Positions 10,724 to 20,317 of a stretch of 64,000 nucleotides of DNA are shown here, piece by piece. The stretch spans positions 126,165-190,164 of the forward strand of contig CAWEIZ010000008.1 of the NCBI GenBank assembly GCA_963809325.1, read 5' to 3'. The position numbers and the translations under genes were made by a program. Each line of letters starts with the position of its first letter. The stretch's first letter is position 1. Origin of the DNA: an uncultured Actinomycetes bacterium. Its GTDB lineage: Bacteria > Actinomycetota > Thermoleophilia > Gaiellales > JAICJC01. Under the pieces are notes generated by a model, which worked only from the letters and a program-made list of their open reading frames with translations, was not told where the DNA came from and searched no databases.

Positions 10724-11455
10724 TCAGACCCTCCATTCTTCGTATGGGATCTGTTCGGCGGTTCGACGTACGTCGGCCGTGAGATAACGATCGGGAACTT
10801 GGCCGCGGTAGTCCATCTCGAGCGCCTCGTCGGGCGATTCGGCGTTGACCTTCAGGCCGAGCGTCTCATGCGTCCCGTTGGGGTTGGCGCGGTGGAAGGT
10901 GACTCGGAAGGTTCGCATCTCCGGCGGCGGCTCGGCGTCGTCGTTCATGATCGTGGGTTCGGGGGGATCGGACTCAGCTCTGCCTCGTTCTCGTCTCTGG
11001 ACTATCCGCACCGATGGCCCCGGGCCGGACAGCATGCGGATGACCTCGTTGCGGATCTTGTCGTAGACGACGTCGAGGTCGAGCAGGATGCGCGCGGCGG
11101 CGCCCTCGTTCTCACGCAGGATGCCGAGCAGGATGTGCTCGGGGCCTACGTCGCGGTGGCCAAGCGACAGCGCCTCCCGCTGTGCCAGCTGCAGCACCCT
11201 CTTGGCACGTGGGGTGAACGGAGCCTGGTCCGTGGTCACCTCGTCCTTTTGGCCGACGATTCGCGTCACCCGCGCGCGCACCTCGTCGACCGTGATGTCG
11301 AGCGAGTCGAGCACGCGAGCGGCCAGCCCCTCCTCCTCGCGCAACAATCCCAAGAGGATGTGCTCGGTGCCGATGTAACCGTGCTTGAGCGTGCGCGCCT
11401 CGACTTGGGCGAAGACGATGACGCGCTGGCCGCGTTCTGTCAATCGCCCGAACAC
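10724..11455 (-). CDS. Stand-alone Clp protease N-terminal (ClpC N-domain) protein
   Basis: Two Clp_N repeats (HGYIGTEHILLGLL; HRDVGPEHILLGIL), no AAA+ module. Confidence 0.85.
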   Translation of the reverse strand: MFGRLTERGQRVIVFAQVEARTLKHGYIGTEHILLGLLREEEGLAARVLDSLDITVDEVRARVTRIVGQKDEVTTDQAPFTPRAKRVLQLAQREALSLGHRDVGPEHILLGILRENEGAAARILLDLDVVYDKIRNEVIRMLSGPGPSVRIVQRRERGRAESDPPEPTIMNDDAEPPPEMRTFRVTFHRANPNGTHETLGLKVNAESPDEALEMDYRGQVPDRYLTADVRRTAEQIPYEEWRV

Positions 11456-11566
11456 GGCGTGCAGTGTCGCACGAAGGGGACCCCCGTCGCACCGACCGAT
11501 CGTCGTCGAAAGGCGGTGACGAGTCGTCAGCGGTGCGTACCGATGAAGGAGCCTCGCAGGTCTCAC

Positions 11567-11594
11567 GTCCGGGTTCCTGCAATCCCTGTAACCC
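11567..11594 (-). repeat. Right TIR (family A) of an upstream element whose left end is not seen in the window
   Basis: GTCCGGGTTCCTGCAATCCCTGTAACCC; 27/28 identical to 15395-15422 and inverted (26/28) relative to 11609-11636. Confidence 0.8.
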
Positions 11595-11608
11595 CCGCCA
11601 TTCTTGAC
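11595..11608 (+). repeat. 14-bp inter-element spacer CCGCCATTCTTGAC (variant target-site copy)
   Basis: Same length and same 3' CTTGAC as the duplicated TGCCCTGCCTTGAC (8/14 identical); sits exactly between two abutting TIRs. Confidence 0.65.
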
Positions 11609-11638
11609 GGGTTATAGGGATTGCAGGAACTCGGACAG

Positions 11639-12040
11639 TCAGGCTGCTGGCGCGTCGAAGAGCCGGCCAGCTTCGATGGTCGCCACGACGTCGGTGAGCT
11701 CTCCTGGAATCAGATCCGGCCGCGCGGCGAGATGGCTGATCAGGCTGCTCATGAAGACGCCGGCGTCTCCTAGACCGGAGGCTCGCACGTACTCTTCGAT
11801 CAGTCGACGCCCGGGAAGCAGAGTCCGCCATCCCTCCGATCCAGGTCGGAGCGCTTCTAGCAGCGCTGCCTGGCAGTTCTCGACGAGCTGATCTACGGCG
11901 CCAGCGTCTGTGCGTCGGTTCAGTTCAACGGCGACCTCCCGAGCCTTCTCAGTTGCCGCAGTCCTCAGAACCTCGACCTGTTCCGGGTTCCAGTTGCCGT
12001 CCGAATCCAGCACTGCCTGCCCAGCCAGTAGGCGGGCGAG
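11639..12040 (-). pseudogene. 3' fragment of an unidentified protein ending just inside the left TIR
   Basis: Protein-like C-terminal ~130 aa of ORF 11639-12697; upstream part is antisense to the methyltransferase fragment. Confidence 0.4.
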
Positions 12041-12046
12041 CGGCCC

Positions 12047-12310
12047 GACGGCGACTTCCGCAGTTCCGAGGTGACGGCGTTGCGCGACGAAGCCGATTTC
12101 GTCATCACAAATCCGCCGTTCAGCCTCTTCCGGCAGTTCATGACCTGGGTGGTCGGGGGCGGCAGGAAGTTCTCGGTGATCGGCCACGGCAACGCCATCA
12201 CCTACAACGAGGTCTTTCCCCACATCATGGATAACGAGCTGTGGAAGGGCGCCACCGCCAACACCACCGACATGGTGTTCGGTGTCCCGGAGGGTGCGAA
12301 GGTAAGCGAC
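12047..12310 (+). pseudogene. Internal fragment of EcoRI-family adenine DNA methyltransferase
   Basis: DGDFRSSEV..ADFVITNPPFSLFRQF..IGHGNAITY matches the M.EcoRI-family motif IV region; no N- or C-terminus. Confidence 0.75.
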
Positions 12311-12536
12311 GCCGCTACCAGCAGGAGTGGGCCGCACGAGACGCTGCGTAACCCGGACGGAAGCCCATTGCTTCGTGCCGCAGCCATCACCCGCGGCTGG
12401 CTCGACACGCATCGGATCTCGGCGGCCGCGCTTCGGCGCCGCGGGCTCATCCGAACCAACGGTCATGGCCCGACGTGGTCGGTACGGCTCACCCAAGCCG
12501 GGCAGGTAGCTCCGTTGGGCGTCCGACTGAGGGGAC

Positions 12537-13820
12537 TCACGCGGCCTCCGGCGCCGATGCAAGACGTGACGGTGCTTCGTGGAGCGGGTCGGGAATGCGG
12601 TCGCCGAGTCGAAGCAGGACGGCTCCGGCCAGCACCGCGGCAAGCGCGCCACCCCACCAGATGGCGTCTGGTGAGGTCTGTAGGAGAAGGCCACCAATCG
12701 CTGGGCCGAGGGCCAGGGAAATGGTGAAGGTCAGACTGTAGAGAGACAGGTAGCGGCCGAGCAGATGGGCTGGAGCCATGTCCGCGACCAGCGGCCCGAG
12801 GACGAGAATGTGTGCGATTTCGCCGAGTGCGAAGACGATCGCAACGCCGACGAGGAGACTGGTCGCAGCGAGCTCCGAGTGGATGAGCGTCGCTGGCAGC
12901 ACCGCGAGCAGGCTGACCGCAAAGAGCGCGCTTGTCAGCGCGAAAGCGTGTGTGCGTCGCATCCGTGCCACTACGCGCACCGCCGGGATCTGCGCGATGA
13001 CGATGAAGGACGTGTTGACGAGAACGATGATCCCGATCTCGGCGGGGCCGACCGGTGTGTGGGCCTTTGCAAAGGGCGGCAGGATGTTGGAGAACAACGT
13101 GTGGCCGACGACGACGAGCACGATGTTGGCTGCGATCACCGTGAGGAAGAGCCGATCTCGAGCGACGGCGCGAAAGCCGGTTCCGTTGGCGTCTGTCGCT
13201 GCGACGGTCACGGCTCGCGGGCTCGGTACTGCAGCGAGCACGATCAGCGCGAATCCGGCGTAGGTGACAGCGTCGAAGAAATAGAGAATCTGGAACGAGC
13301 TGAGCCGCTGTGCAGCTGCGACGACGAAGCCGGCTACGGTCGCGCCGACGCCAATACCGAAGTTGCCGGCGACGCGGTTAAGGGCGAAGGCGGCCGCTCG
13401 CTGCTCAGGCGTGACCAACCTGACGACCAGTGTCCGGTTGGCCGTCCCTGCCGCCCCGAGCCCGGCTCCGCTGACAATCGAGCAGGCAAACGCCTGCCAG
13501 GGACGCTCGACGAAGGCGAAGCCGGCGTAGCCAAGGGCGCTCGCCAAGCTTCCTGCGACCACGATCGCTTTGGCGGAGTACCGGTCGAGCAGCGCTCCCG
13601 TCGGCGGGGTGACGATTGCGGACGTCCCCATGGTCGCCGCGAGAACCAGTCCGGCTGTCGACGTCGGGAAGCCACGTATCTGGTGCAGATAGATGATCTC
13701 AAAGGGAAGAACGAGCCCGTAACCGAAGTAGTTGAGGGCGTTTCCCGCTTGAAGGATGAGCACGGGGCGAGAGAGCCCGGTGCGCCAACCCGCGATGAGG
13801 TGTGAGACGCGGCGGTTCAT
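12537..13820 (-). CDS. MFS transporter
   Basis: Multi-TM hydrophobic ORF; GALLDRYS motif A; start uncertain (ORF extends to 14099). Confidence 0.85.
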   Translation of the reverse strand: MNRRVSHLIAGWRTGLSRPVLILQAGNALNYFGYGLVLPFEIIYLHQIRGFPTSTAGLVLAATMGTSAIVTPPTGALLDRYSAKAIVVAGSLASALGYAGFAFVERPWQAFACSIVSGAGLGAAGTANRTLVVRLVTPEQRAAAFALNRVAGNFGIGVGATVAGFVVAAAQRLSSFQILYFFDAVTYAGFALIVLAAVPSPRAVTVAATDANGTGFRAVARDRLFLTVIAANIVLVVVGHTLFSNILPPFAKAHTPVGPAEIGIIVLVNTSFIVIAQIPAVRVVARMRRTHAFALTSALFAVSLLAVLPATLIHSELAATSLLVGVAIVFALGEIAHILVLGPLVADMAPAHLLGRYLSLYSLTFTISLALGPAIGGLLLQTSPDAIWWGGALAAVLAGAVLLRLGDRIPDPLHEAPSRLASAPEAA

Positions 13821-14287
13821 CCGTCCTGGAGAACGGATGCCTCCCGCGTGAGGAATCTCGGTTGGTGTCATGCCGTCGGCCTGAGGCACGCGGCGTCCAC
13901 GTAGCCGAGTCGACGCGGATCGCAGTATCGCTATTGGAGTGGCCGCCACGTGTGGCTCGTGCGCGACGCGACGGGCGAGGCGGATCGTGTGCCTCCGGGC
14001 GGCCGCGCGATGTAGGTCCTCGATGTGAGCGGTGGCGAGCGCTCGAGCGAGAGCGGGATGCAGCATTTGAGCCTCCTTTCCTCTACGACGACGCTTCACC
14101 TCAGTGCCGACCAGGTCGCCGCCCGATCGATCGTTTGGGGTGGTCGGCTTGTGCGCATTGGTCGTCCAATCAGAACGCGAATTTGCCTGTCGCGGGTTCT
14201 GACCCCGCCTGGTGGAGAAACTCGCCGACGAATTTCGAGCATCGGTGGTGTCACAATCGTTGTGAGCCGCGATGCCAGACTTCGCTC

Positions 14288-15293
14288 GTGAACGACAGCG
14301 CTCTGATCCGTGCCCGTGCGGGCGACCATCAGGCGTTCGCGGCGCTCACGGACCCCTACCGGCGCGAGCTGCAGCTGCACTGCTACCGGATCCTCGGCCA
14401 GGTGCAGGACGCCGAGGACGCGGTGCAGGAGACACTCCTCTCCGCGTGGAGAGCATTGGAGTCGTTCGAGGAGCGCTCGACGCTGCGCTCCTGGCTGTAT
14501 CGGATCGCCACCAACCGCTGTCTGAACATGCTGCGCGACAGCGGTAGACGCCCCGCGACGGCGGCCGGGCTGGCATCCACCCCCCCGGAGCCCACCCGCT
14601 ACGGCGAGGTGCTGTGGCTCGAGCCCTATCCCGACGCGCTGCTCGAAGGCATCGTCGACGGCGCGGCCGGTCCGGAGGCCCGCTACGAGACCCGCGAGGC
14701 GGTAACGCTCGCGTTCCTCACCGCGCTTCATCGCCTCCCGCCCCGCCAGCGCGCCGTGCTCGTGCTTCGCGACGTGCTGGGGTTCTCCGCCACTGAGGTC
14801 GCCGCGATGCTCGATACCACCCCGACGTCGGTGAACAGCGCGCTCATCCGCGCCCGCGCGACGATCGAGGAGCGCGGGCCGCGGGCGCACGACCGAGCGC
14901 CGCTCCCCCGATCAGCCCAAGAACACGAGCTCGTCGCGCGGTTCGCGGACGCATTCGAGCGCGGAGATGTGGAACCGATCGTCGCGCTGCTGGCCGAGGA
15001 CGCGTGGCTGGACGATGCCCCCGGAGCCTCACGAGTACCAAGGCCACGACGCGATCAAGCAGTTCATCGCCCATGCGTTCGCGAGACGGGACAACCCCCA
15101 CCGCCTCATTCCGACGCGGGCCAACTCCCAACCCGCGTTCGGCCAGTACGTCAAAGACCCACACACCGACGTCGGCCGCGCGCTCGGGCTGCTCGTGCTG
15201 ACACTCGACGGCGACCGCATCTCGCACATCACCCGCTTCGCCGCGACCAGCGCCCTACCGCACTTCGGACTCCCCCGAACGATTCCGTGGTAG
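14288..15293 (+). CDS. ECF sigma-70 factor with C-terminal SnoaL-like domain (SigG-like), frameshifted near 15010
   Basis: DAEDAVQETLL, WLYRIATNRCL, LPPRQRAVLVLRDVLG; C-terminus TRANSQPAFGQY in a second frame. Confidence 0.85.
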
Positions 15294-15422
15294 CCACTCG
15301 CTCAGCGCGAGAACTCTCAGCGTTACCGTGCTGACCCGGAACCAAGACTCGCGACCCTGCGGGGTCGCGTCCCCTCCTCGACACGAGCAACCATGTCCGG
15401 GTTCCTGCAATCCCTATAACCC

Positions 15423-15436
15423 TGCCCTGCCTTGAC
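15423..15436 (+). repeat. Target-site duplication, left copy TGCCCTGCCTTGAC
   Basis: Identical to 19612-19625; lies between the family-A right TIR and the family-B left TIR. Confidence 0.9.
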
Positions 15437-15548
15437 GGGAGAGTAGATAGAGAGGGTGAAACGCCGCACAAGCGGTAAGGCGGCTCGGGTATTCTGGGTC
15501 CGGGCAATTGAAGGGAGTCGTGATGGGCGTCGAGGAGGCGCTCGGCGG

Positions 15549-16484
15549 CTCAACGCACTCCTCAACTACCTGTATGCGCTACTCGAAGCCGAGAGCCGCA
15601 TCGCCCTGGCGATAGTCGGCCTCGACCCTGGCATCGGCATCCTCCACACCGACCAGCGCGCCCGCGACTCCCTCGCCCTCGACCTCATGGAGACCGCCCG
15701 GCCCGCCGTCGACCGATACGTCCTCGACCTGCTCGCCGCCCGTCCGCTACGTGGCAGCGACTTCGCCGAGACGTCGAAGGGCCAGTGTCGGATCATGCCG
15801 ACCCTCGCCCGCCAACTCGCGACTACGACGCCGGCGTGGGCGGGCGAGGTCGCGCCGCATGCGGAGCTCGTCGCCAAGCTGCTCGCCGCCGACGCTGGAC
15901 TCGCCACACCACCGACAATCCTCACCGGCAACACCCGGCGGGTGGCCCGACCCAGCGGCAGTCGAATCCGGCCGGACCAAGTGCCCAGGCCGACGGTGCC
16001 GGCGCAAGCGTGCCGCGATTGCGGAGCGGATGTCCCCGCCGGGCGGCGCCGCTGCGCGAACTGCCACGCCACCGCGAATGCTGCGAGGCTCCGCGCACAC
16101 CAGGCCCTTGGAATTCTCGCGCGCCAGGCGACCGGGAACCATCCATCCACACGAGCCGACGTCCGGGCAAGCATCGCCGCCGCCCAACGCGTGCAGTGGC
16201 AAGCTCGCCACCAGGACACCGGTACCGGCTACACCGGCCACCCGTCGGAGTTCCGGCGCCTCATCCTCCCACGCCTCGCCGGCGCCCGGCCCGGAGACCT
16301 CGCCCGCGCTACGGGGCTCTCACGCGGCTATTGCGCCCAGATCCGCGACGGCCGGCGTGTGCCACATGTTCGCCATTGGGCGGCGTTCCAGCTCGCAGGC
16401 CTCAACGGTCGCCGCGCTGAGCCGTTTCAGCGGACCCACATCTGGTCGATCATGGGGGAGTTCCCCGGCGCCGACGCGGTTTGA
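15549..16484 (+). pseudogene. cas1: N-terminally truncated solo Cas1 (casposase-like) with C-terminal CxxC..CxxC Zn finger and HTH
   Basis: LNALLNYLYALLE..GLDPGIGILHTD..RDSLALDLME..RP is the Cas1 catalytic-domain signature; CRDC..CANC; LARATGLSRGYCAQIRDG HTH; ORF 15456-16484. Confidence 0.85.
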
Positions 16485-19400
16485 AAGTTGCCGACGCGTT
16501 TGGATGTGAACCCGAGGGTGCTGCCGGTGCCGATCGGGATGACCAGCGCGTCGTCTGTGAGGTGGTGGTCGACGGCCGCCCAGGCGCGCATGCCCTGGTA
16601 CTGACTTTCGCTTTGCTTTGCGTAGGCGTCGGTCAGATCGCTCGGGGTGATGAGCCCGCGCCGAAGCCCGAGGATGAAGTCCGAGGCACCGACATAGTCA
16701 ACGACCCAGGAGTAGAGGTCGATGTCTTGCGCCTCTTTTGGATACCCCTGTTCATCCACCGGCGTGAGCCGCGCGCGGAACCCAAGGTTGTTCAAAAGTT
16801 CGACGACGTAACGGGCGGTGTTCGTCCCCCTGACGTAGGACAGGACCGAGACCGGCTTGCCGTAGCTCGGCGAGCGGTGTACGAGCTTCTGGGCATGTGC
16901 AGGGTCGAGCTTGTATGGGCAGTAAGGCCGATGCCCGGGGAAGTTGAGTGGGATCAGCTGGCACGTCGGTGGCGCTGGCACGCTGCTGCTGCCGTTGTTC
17001 AGGATACTGTGGAGCCTGTCGCGGTCGATGGCGTATGCGATCGCGTGTCGCGCCGTGCGATCGCGATTCAACCGCGAGTTCGGTTCAATAACGAGCACGT
17101 CGGTGGCGGGGTAGGCGGATGGGTGAGTCTGGGCTGCGTAGTTGGTCTCGATCTCATGGATCTGCTGCGTGGTTGGCTCAATCGCGAAGTAGAGCCAGTC
17201 GGCGGTACCGTGCTCGACCGCGGAAACAGCCTGGCTGGTTTTCTTGTAGACCCGGAAGACGATGCGATCGGGGTATCCGTCGGGTTGCGCGTCCGGTGAC
17301 CATTCGTGGAAGTACGGGTTGCGTACGAGGACGTACTGCCAGATGTCGTAGCGGATGATCATGTACGGGCCGGTGGCAGGCAACGGGTGGCGACCGGAGT
17401 CGTGTCGAGGGGCCTCGGGGGGCATCGCGGCCGCGAGTGGCATGGCGAGTTTCGCGAGGAAGTCGGGATCGGGATGTCGCAGATGAAACGTGATCCTCCC
17501 GGTATTGTCGTCCACCACGATCCCACGACTGAGGTCGCACGACCCCGGGGACGCCAGGCATTTCGGCGCGCCGACGACCGCGCCGAAGACGGACTGCGAG
17601 TCCACGGGTTGCGAAGGATCGAGGTAACGGGCATTGACCGTGAACGTGCGCTCAAGGCCATAGCGGATGTCGCCGGCGCGCACCGGCCTTCCGGTCGAGT
17701 ATCGGATCCCCTCACGCAGCTGGAATGCGTACGTGCGGCCGCCGTCGGTGACCGTCGGAAGCGCCTTTGCCAGATCCGCGACCACCGTCCCGCCGTCCGG
17801 ACCGGGTACTCGTTTCAGGCTGACGAGGCCGTCGTTCGTCACCGCAAGCGAATCCCACACCACGGGGAACCACGCGTCAAAGCTGTCGGGGTCGACCGAT
17901 GGACGCTCACGCAGCCCGTCCTCGCTGGCGCCCGCGATGGTCAATGTCCCGCCGCGGTGCTCCGTCCGGGATGTCGTGGTGGTGATCGCCGCGCCGTCGT
18001 CGACCGTTGCCACGTCCTGCGGAGGGGCGCCGACCGCCAGGCTCGACCTGATCTGTCCCGTCTTGGCATCGAGGCGGACGACCTTCGCGGAGCCGCGGGC
18101 CGCCACCCAGACCGCGTCGCCGACCACCGCCACGCCCTGCGGATCGTCGCCTCCAGTCGGGAACGTGGCCACCACGAGTGTGTCCGGGTCGATCCGCGAG
18201 ACCGACCCGTCCAGGCTGTTGGTGACCCAGACCGCGTCTCCGATGGCGATGCCGTTGGGTCCGTGGCCGACCGCGATCGGCGTACCCGTCGTGTCGGTCG
18301 CCGGATCGATCGGCGTCACCGTCCCGACCGACTCGTTCGTGACCCACACTTTGCCAAAGCCGACCGCGACTCGCGTGGGGTTTGTCCCGACCGAGAAACG
18401 TATCGACGACCTCGACCCGTGTCCGGGTCGATCTTCGCAACCGCGCCGTCAACGCTCAGCGCCACCCACACCGCCCCCCGGCCGACCGCGATTCCGGTCG
18501 GGCCGTTGCCCACATAGATCGGTTCGCCGACAACCCGCTGGACAGTCGGGTTCACCTCCGACACCGTGCCATCGCCCGCGTTCGCGACCCACACGCTGCC
18601 CGCGCCCACCGCGACCGCATCCGGCCCGTCGCCGACCTGGACAGCCTGCTGCTGGCCGGTGGCCGTGTCAACGGCCAGGACGGTGTCTTGCGAGTAGCGC
18701 GGTAGCCACGCAACCTTCCCGTCGACCGCCACCCCGAACGGCGCCTCATCCAGCTCAAGAGGCGCGCTCGCATGCCCACTCGCCTCGACCAAGCTGAACG
18801 AGTTGCTCGCCAACCCAACCGACGACGCCTCGCCCCCTCTCACAAAGATGACACCGATCGCAGCCGCCGCGGCCACCGCCAACGCCACGGCCGCGACCAT
18901 CCACGCCGTCGACCGTCGCCGCTTCGGCGCCGGCACGACTGGAACGGCGGGGAGCGGCGTCTCCGAGATGACCTCGACCAGCCGCACCGGCGCCTCGATC
19001 CCCTTGAACCGGCGCGTTCGCGCGGCCGAGAACTGGACTCCGTCGACGCGTTGCGAGAGATGGACAACGGTCTCGCTGGCCAGAACCTGGCCCGGCGCCG
19101 CGACCGAACACAGTCTCGCGGCCAGGTTCAGCGCACCGCCCCGATAACCACCCTCGGTCGGCACCGCCTCACCCGCATCCAACCCGACCCCGACGCCCAC
19201 CGGGAACACATATCCGTTCTCCTCTGACGGCGTGCGCAGGCGCCGCTGCAGCTCCACCGCCGCCCGCAATGCCTGCCGCGCCGACCCGAACACGCACAGC
19301 GCCTCGTCGCCGCGCAGCTCCAACAGTTCGCCCCCATACGCCGGAACCGTGCCCCGGACGAACCCGGCAAACGACGCCGCCAGATCCGACGCCGCCTCGT

Positions 19401-19506
19401 CGCCCTGCTCCTTCGTAAACCGCGTGTAGCCACGCACATCCGCGATCAGGAATGTCCGCAACTCCGTCGGCGAGATCGGAACCGGCCCGTCCGTATCGTC
19501 TGCCAC
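16427..19506 (-). CDS. Adenylate/guanylate cyclase + TM + YVTN beta-propeller + family-5 solute-binding fusion, frameshifted near 18400
   Basis: FLIADVRGYT, LRGDEAL, GALNLAARL; repeated VWVAN..GTVS..; ATGPY..RNPYF SBP_5 motifs. Confidence 0.8.
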
Positions 19507-19611
19507 GATCCACCGAGTCTACATCCGAGGCCGTGCTTAGAGCAGCTCGGGGCATCATTCGGGGCGCCGTGTCCGTTTCGACGGCGTTTCGACCTCTCTA
19601 TCTAGTCTCCC

Positions 19612-19625
19612 TGCCCTGCCTTGAC
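19612..19625 (+). repeat. Target-site duplication, right copy TGCCCTGCCTTGAC (overlaps putative lexA -35)
   Basis: Identical to 15423-15436. Confidence 0.9.
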
Positions 19626-19649
19626 TCCGTCCGACCCCTCTGCAACACT
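19621..19649 (+). promoter_or_regulatory. Putative lexA promoter: TTGACT-N17-AACACT with TG extension
   Basis: Canonical spacing just upstream of SOS box, AGGAGG RBS (19674) and GTG start. Confidence 0.6.
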
Positions 19650-19654
19650 TCGGA

Positions 19655-19670
19655 TCGAACACACGTTCGA
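19655..19670. promoter_or_regulatory. SOS (LexA) box TCGAACACACGTTCGA
   Basis: Perfect match to actinobacterial TCGAAC-N4-GTTCGA directly upstream of lexA. Confidence 0.9.
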
Positions 19671-19686
19671 CCCAGGAGGGCGACCG

Positions 19687-20317
19687 GTGGATCTGACCTC
19701 GAGACAGCAGGAGATTTTGGCGTACGTGAACACGCACGTCGACGAGCACGGCTACCCGCCGACGGTGCGCGAGATCGGCCAGGCGGTGGGGCTCACGTCG
19801 CCGTCGACCGTGCACGCCCACCTCGAGAAGCTCGAGAAGGCGGGCCTCATCCGGCGCGACGCAACCAAGCCGCGCGCGCTCGAGGTGATCGAGGGCGGGC
19901 GCTCCCGGCGCGGCTGCGGTGGTCGAGCTTGCGCCCCCGCGCCAGTCGACGATGCTCCCGCTCGTCGGCGAGGTTGCCGCCGGCTCCCCGGTGGTCGCCG
20001 AGGACCGGGTCGAGGACTACCTCGCCGTGCCCGACCAGCTCGCCCCCGACGCCGACTTCGTACTCACGGTCAAGGGCGACTCCATGGTGAACGCCGGCAT
20101 CCTCGACGGCGACCTCGTGGTCGTCAGAAAGCAGGACGACGCCCGAAACGGCGAGATCGTCGTCGCGCTCGTCGGTGACGAGGACGCGACCGTGAAGCGG
20201 TTCTTCCGCGAGGGCGGCCGCGTCCGGCTCCAGCCCGAGAACGACGCCCTCGAGCCGATGTTCCCGGACCAGGTTCAGATCCTCGGCACCGTGAAGGCGG
20301 TGCTGCGACGGCTGTGA
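19687..20317 (+). CDS. lexA: LexA repressor (frameshift near 19915)
   Basis: [19 protein letters not shown]; VAAGSP cleavage site; GDSM and TVKR catalytic motifs. Confidence 0.95.

Larger units (their letters stand above)
11609..15422. mobile_element. TIR-bounded non-autonomous element A2 (3814 bp), casposon-like
   Basis: TIRs 11609-11637 and 15394-15422 (GGGTTATAGGGATTGCAGGAACYCGGACA, 28/29 match), flanked by 14-bp spacers ending CTTGAC. Confidence 0.8.
15437..19611. mobile_element. Casposon-like element B (4175 bp) with truncated cas1 and signalling-gene cargo
   Basis: TIRs 15437-15466 GGGAGAGTAGATAGAGAGGGTGAAACGCCG and 19582-19611 (27/30 match); perfect 14-bp TSD; cas1 inside the left end. 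Confidence 0.85.

Noticed and set aside
11567-15422. The three 28-bp family-A repeats as a CRISPR array next to cas1
   Set aside because: Copies are in opposite orientations and 3.8 kb apart, with no 30-40 bp spacers; the geometry fits TIRs.
1-19611. A complete self-synthesizing casposon
   Set aside because: No family B polymerase or intact cas1 is visible in the window; only non-autonomous or deleted units are supported.
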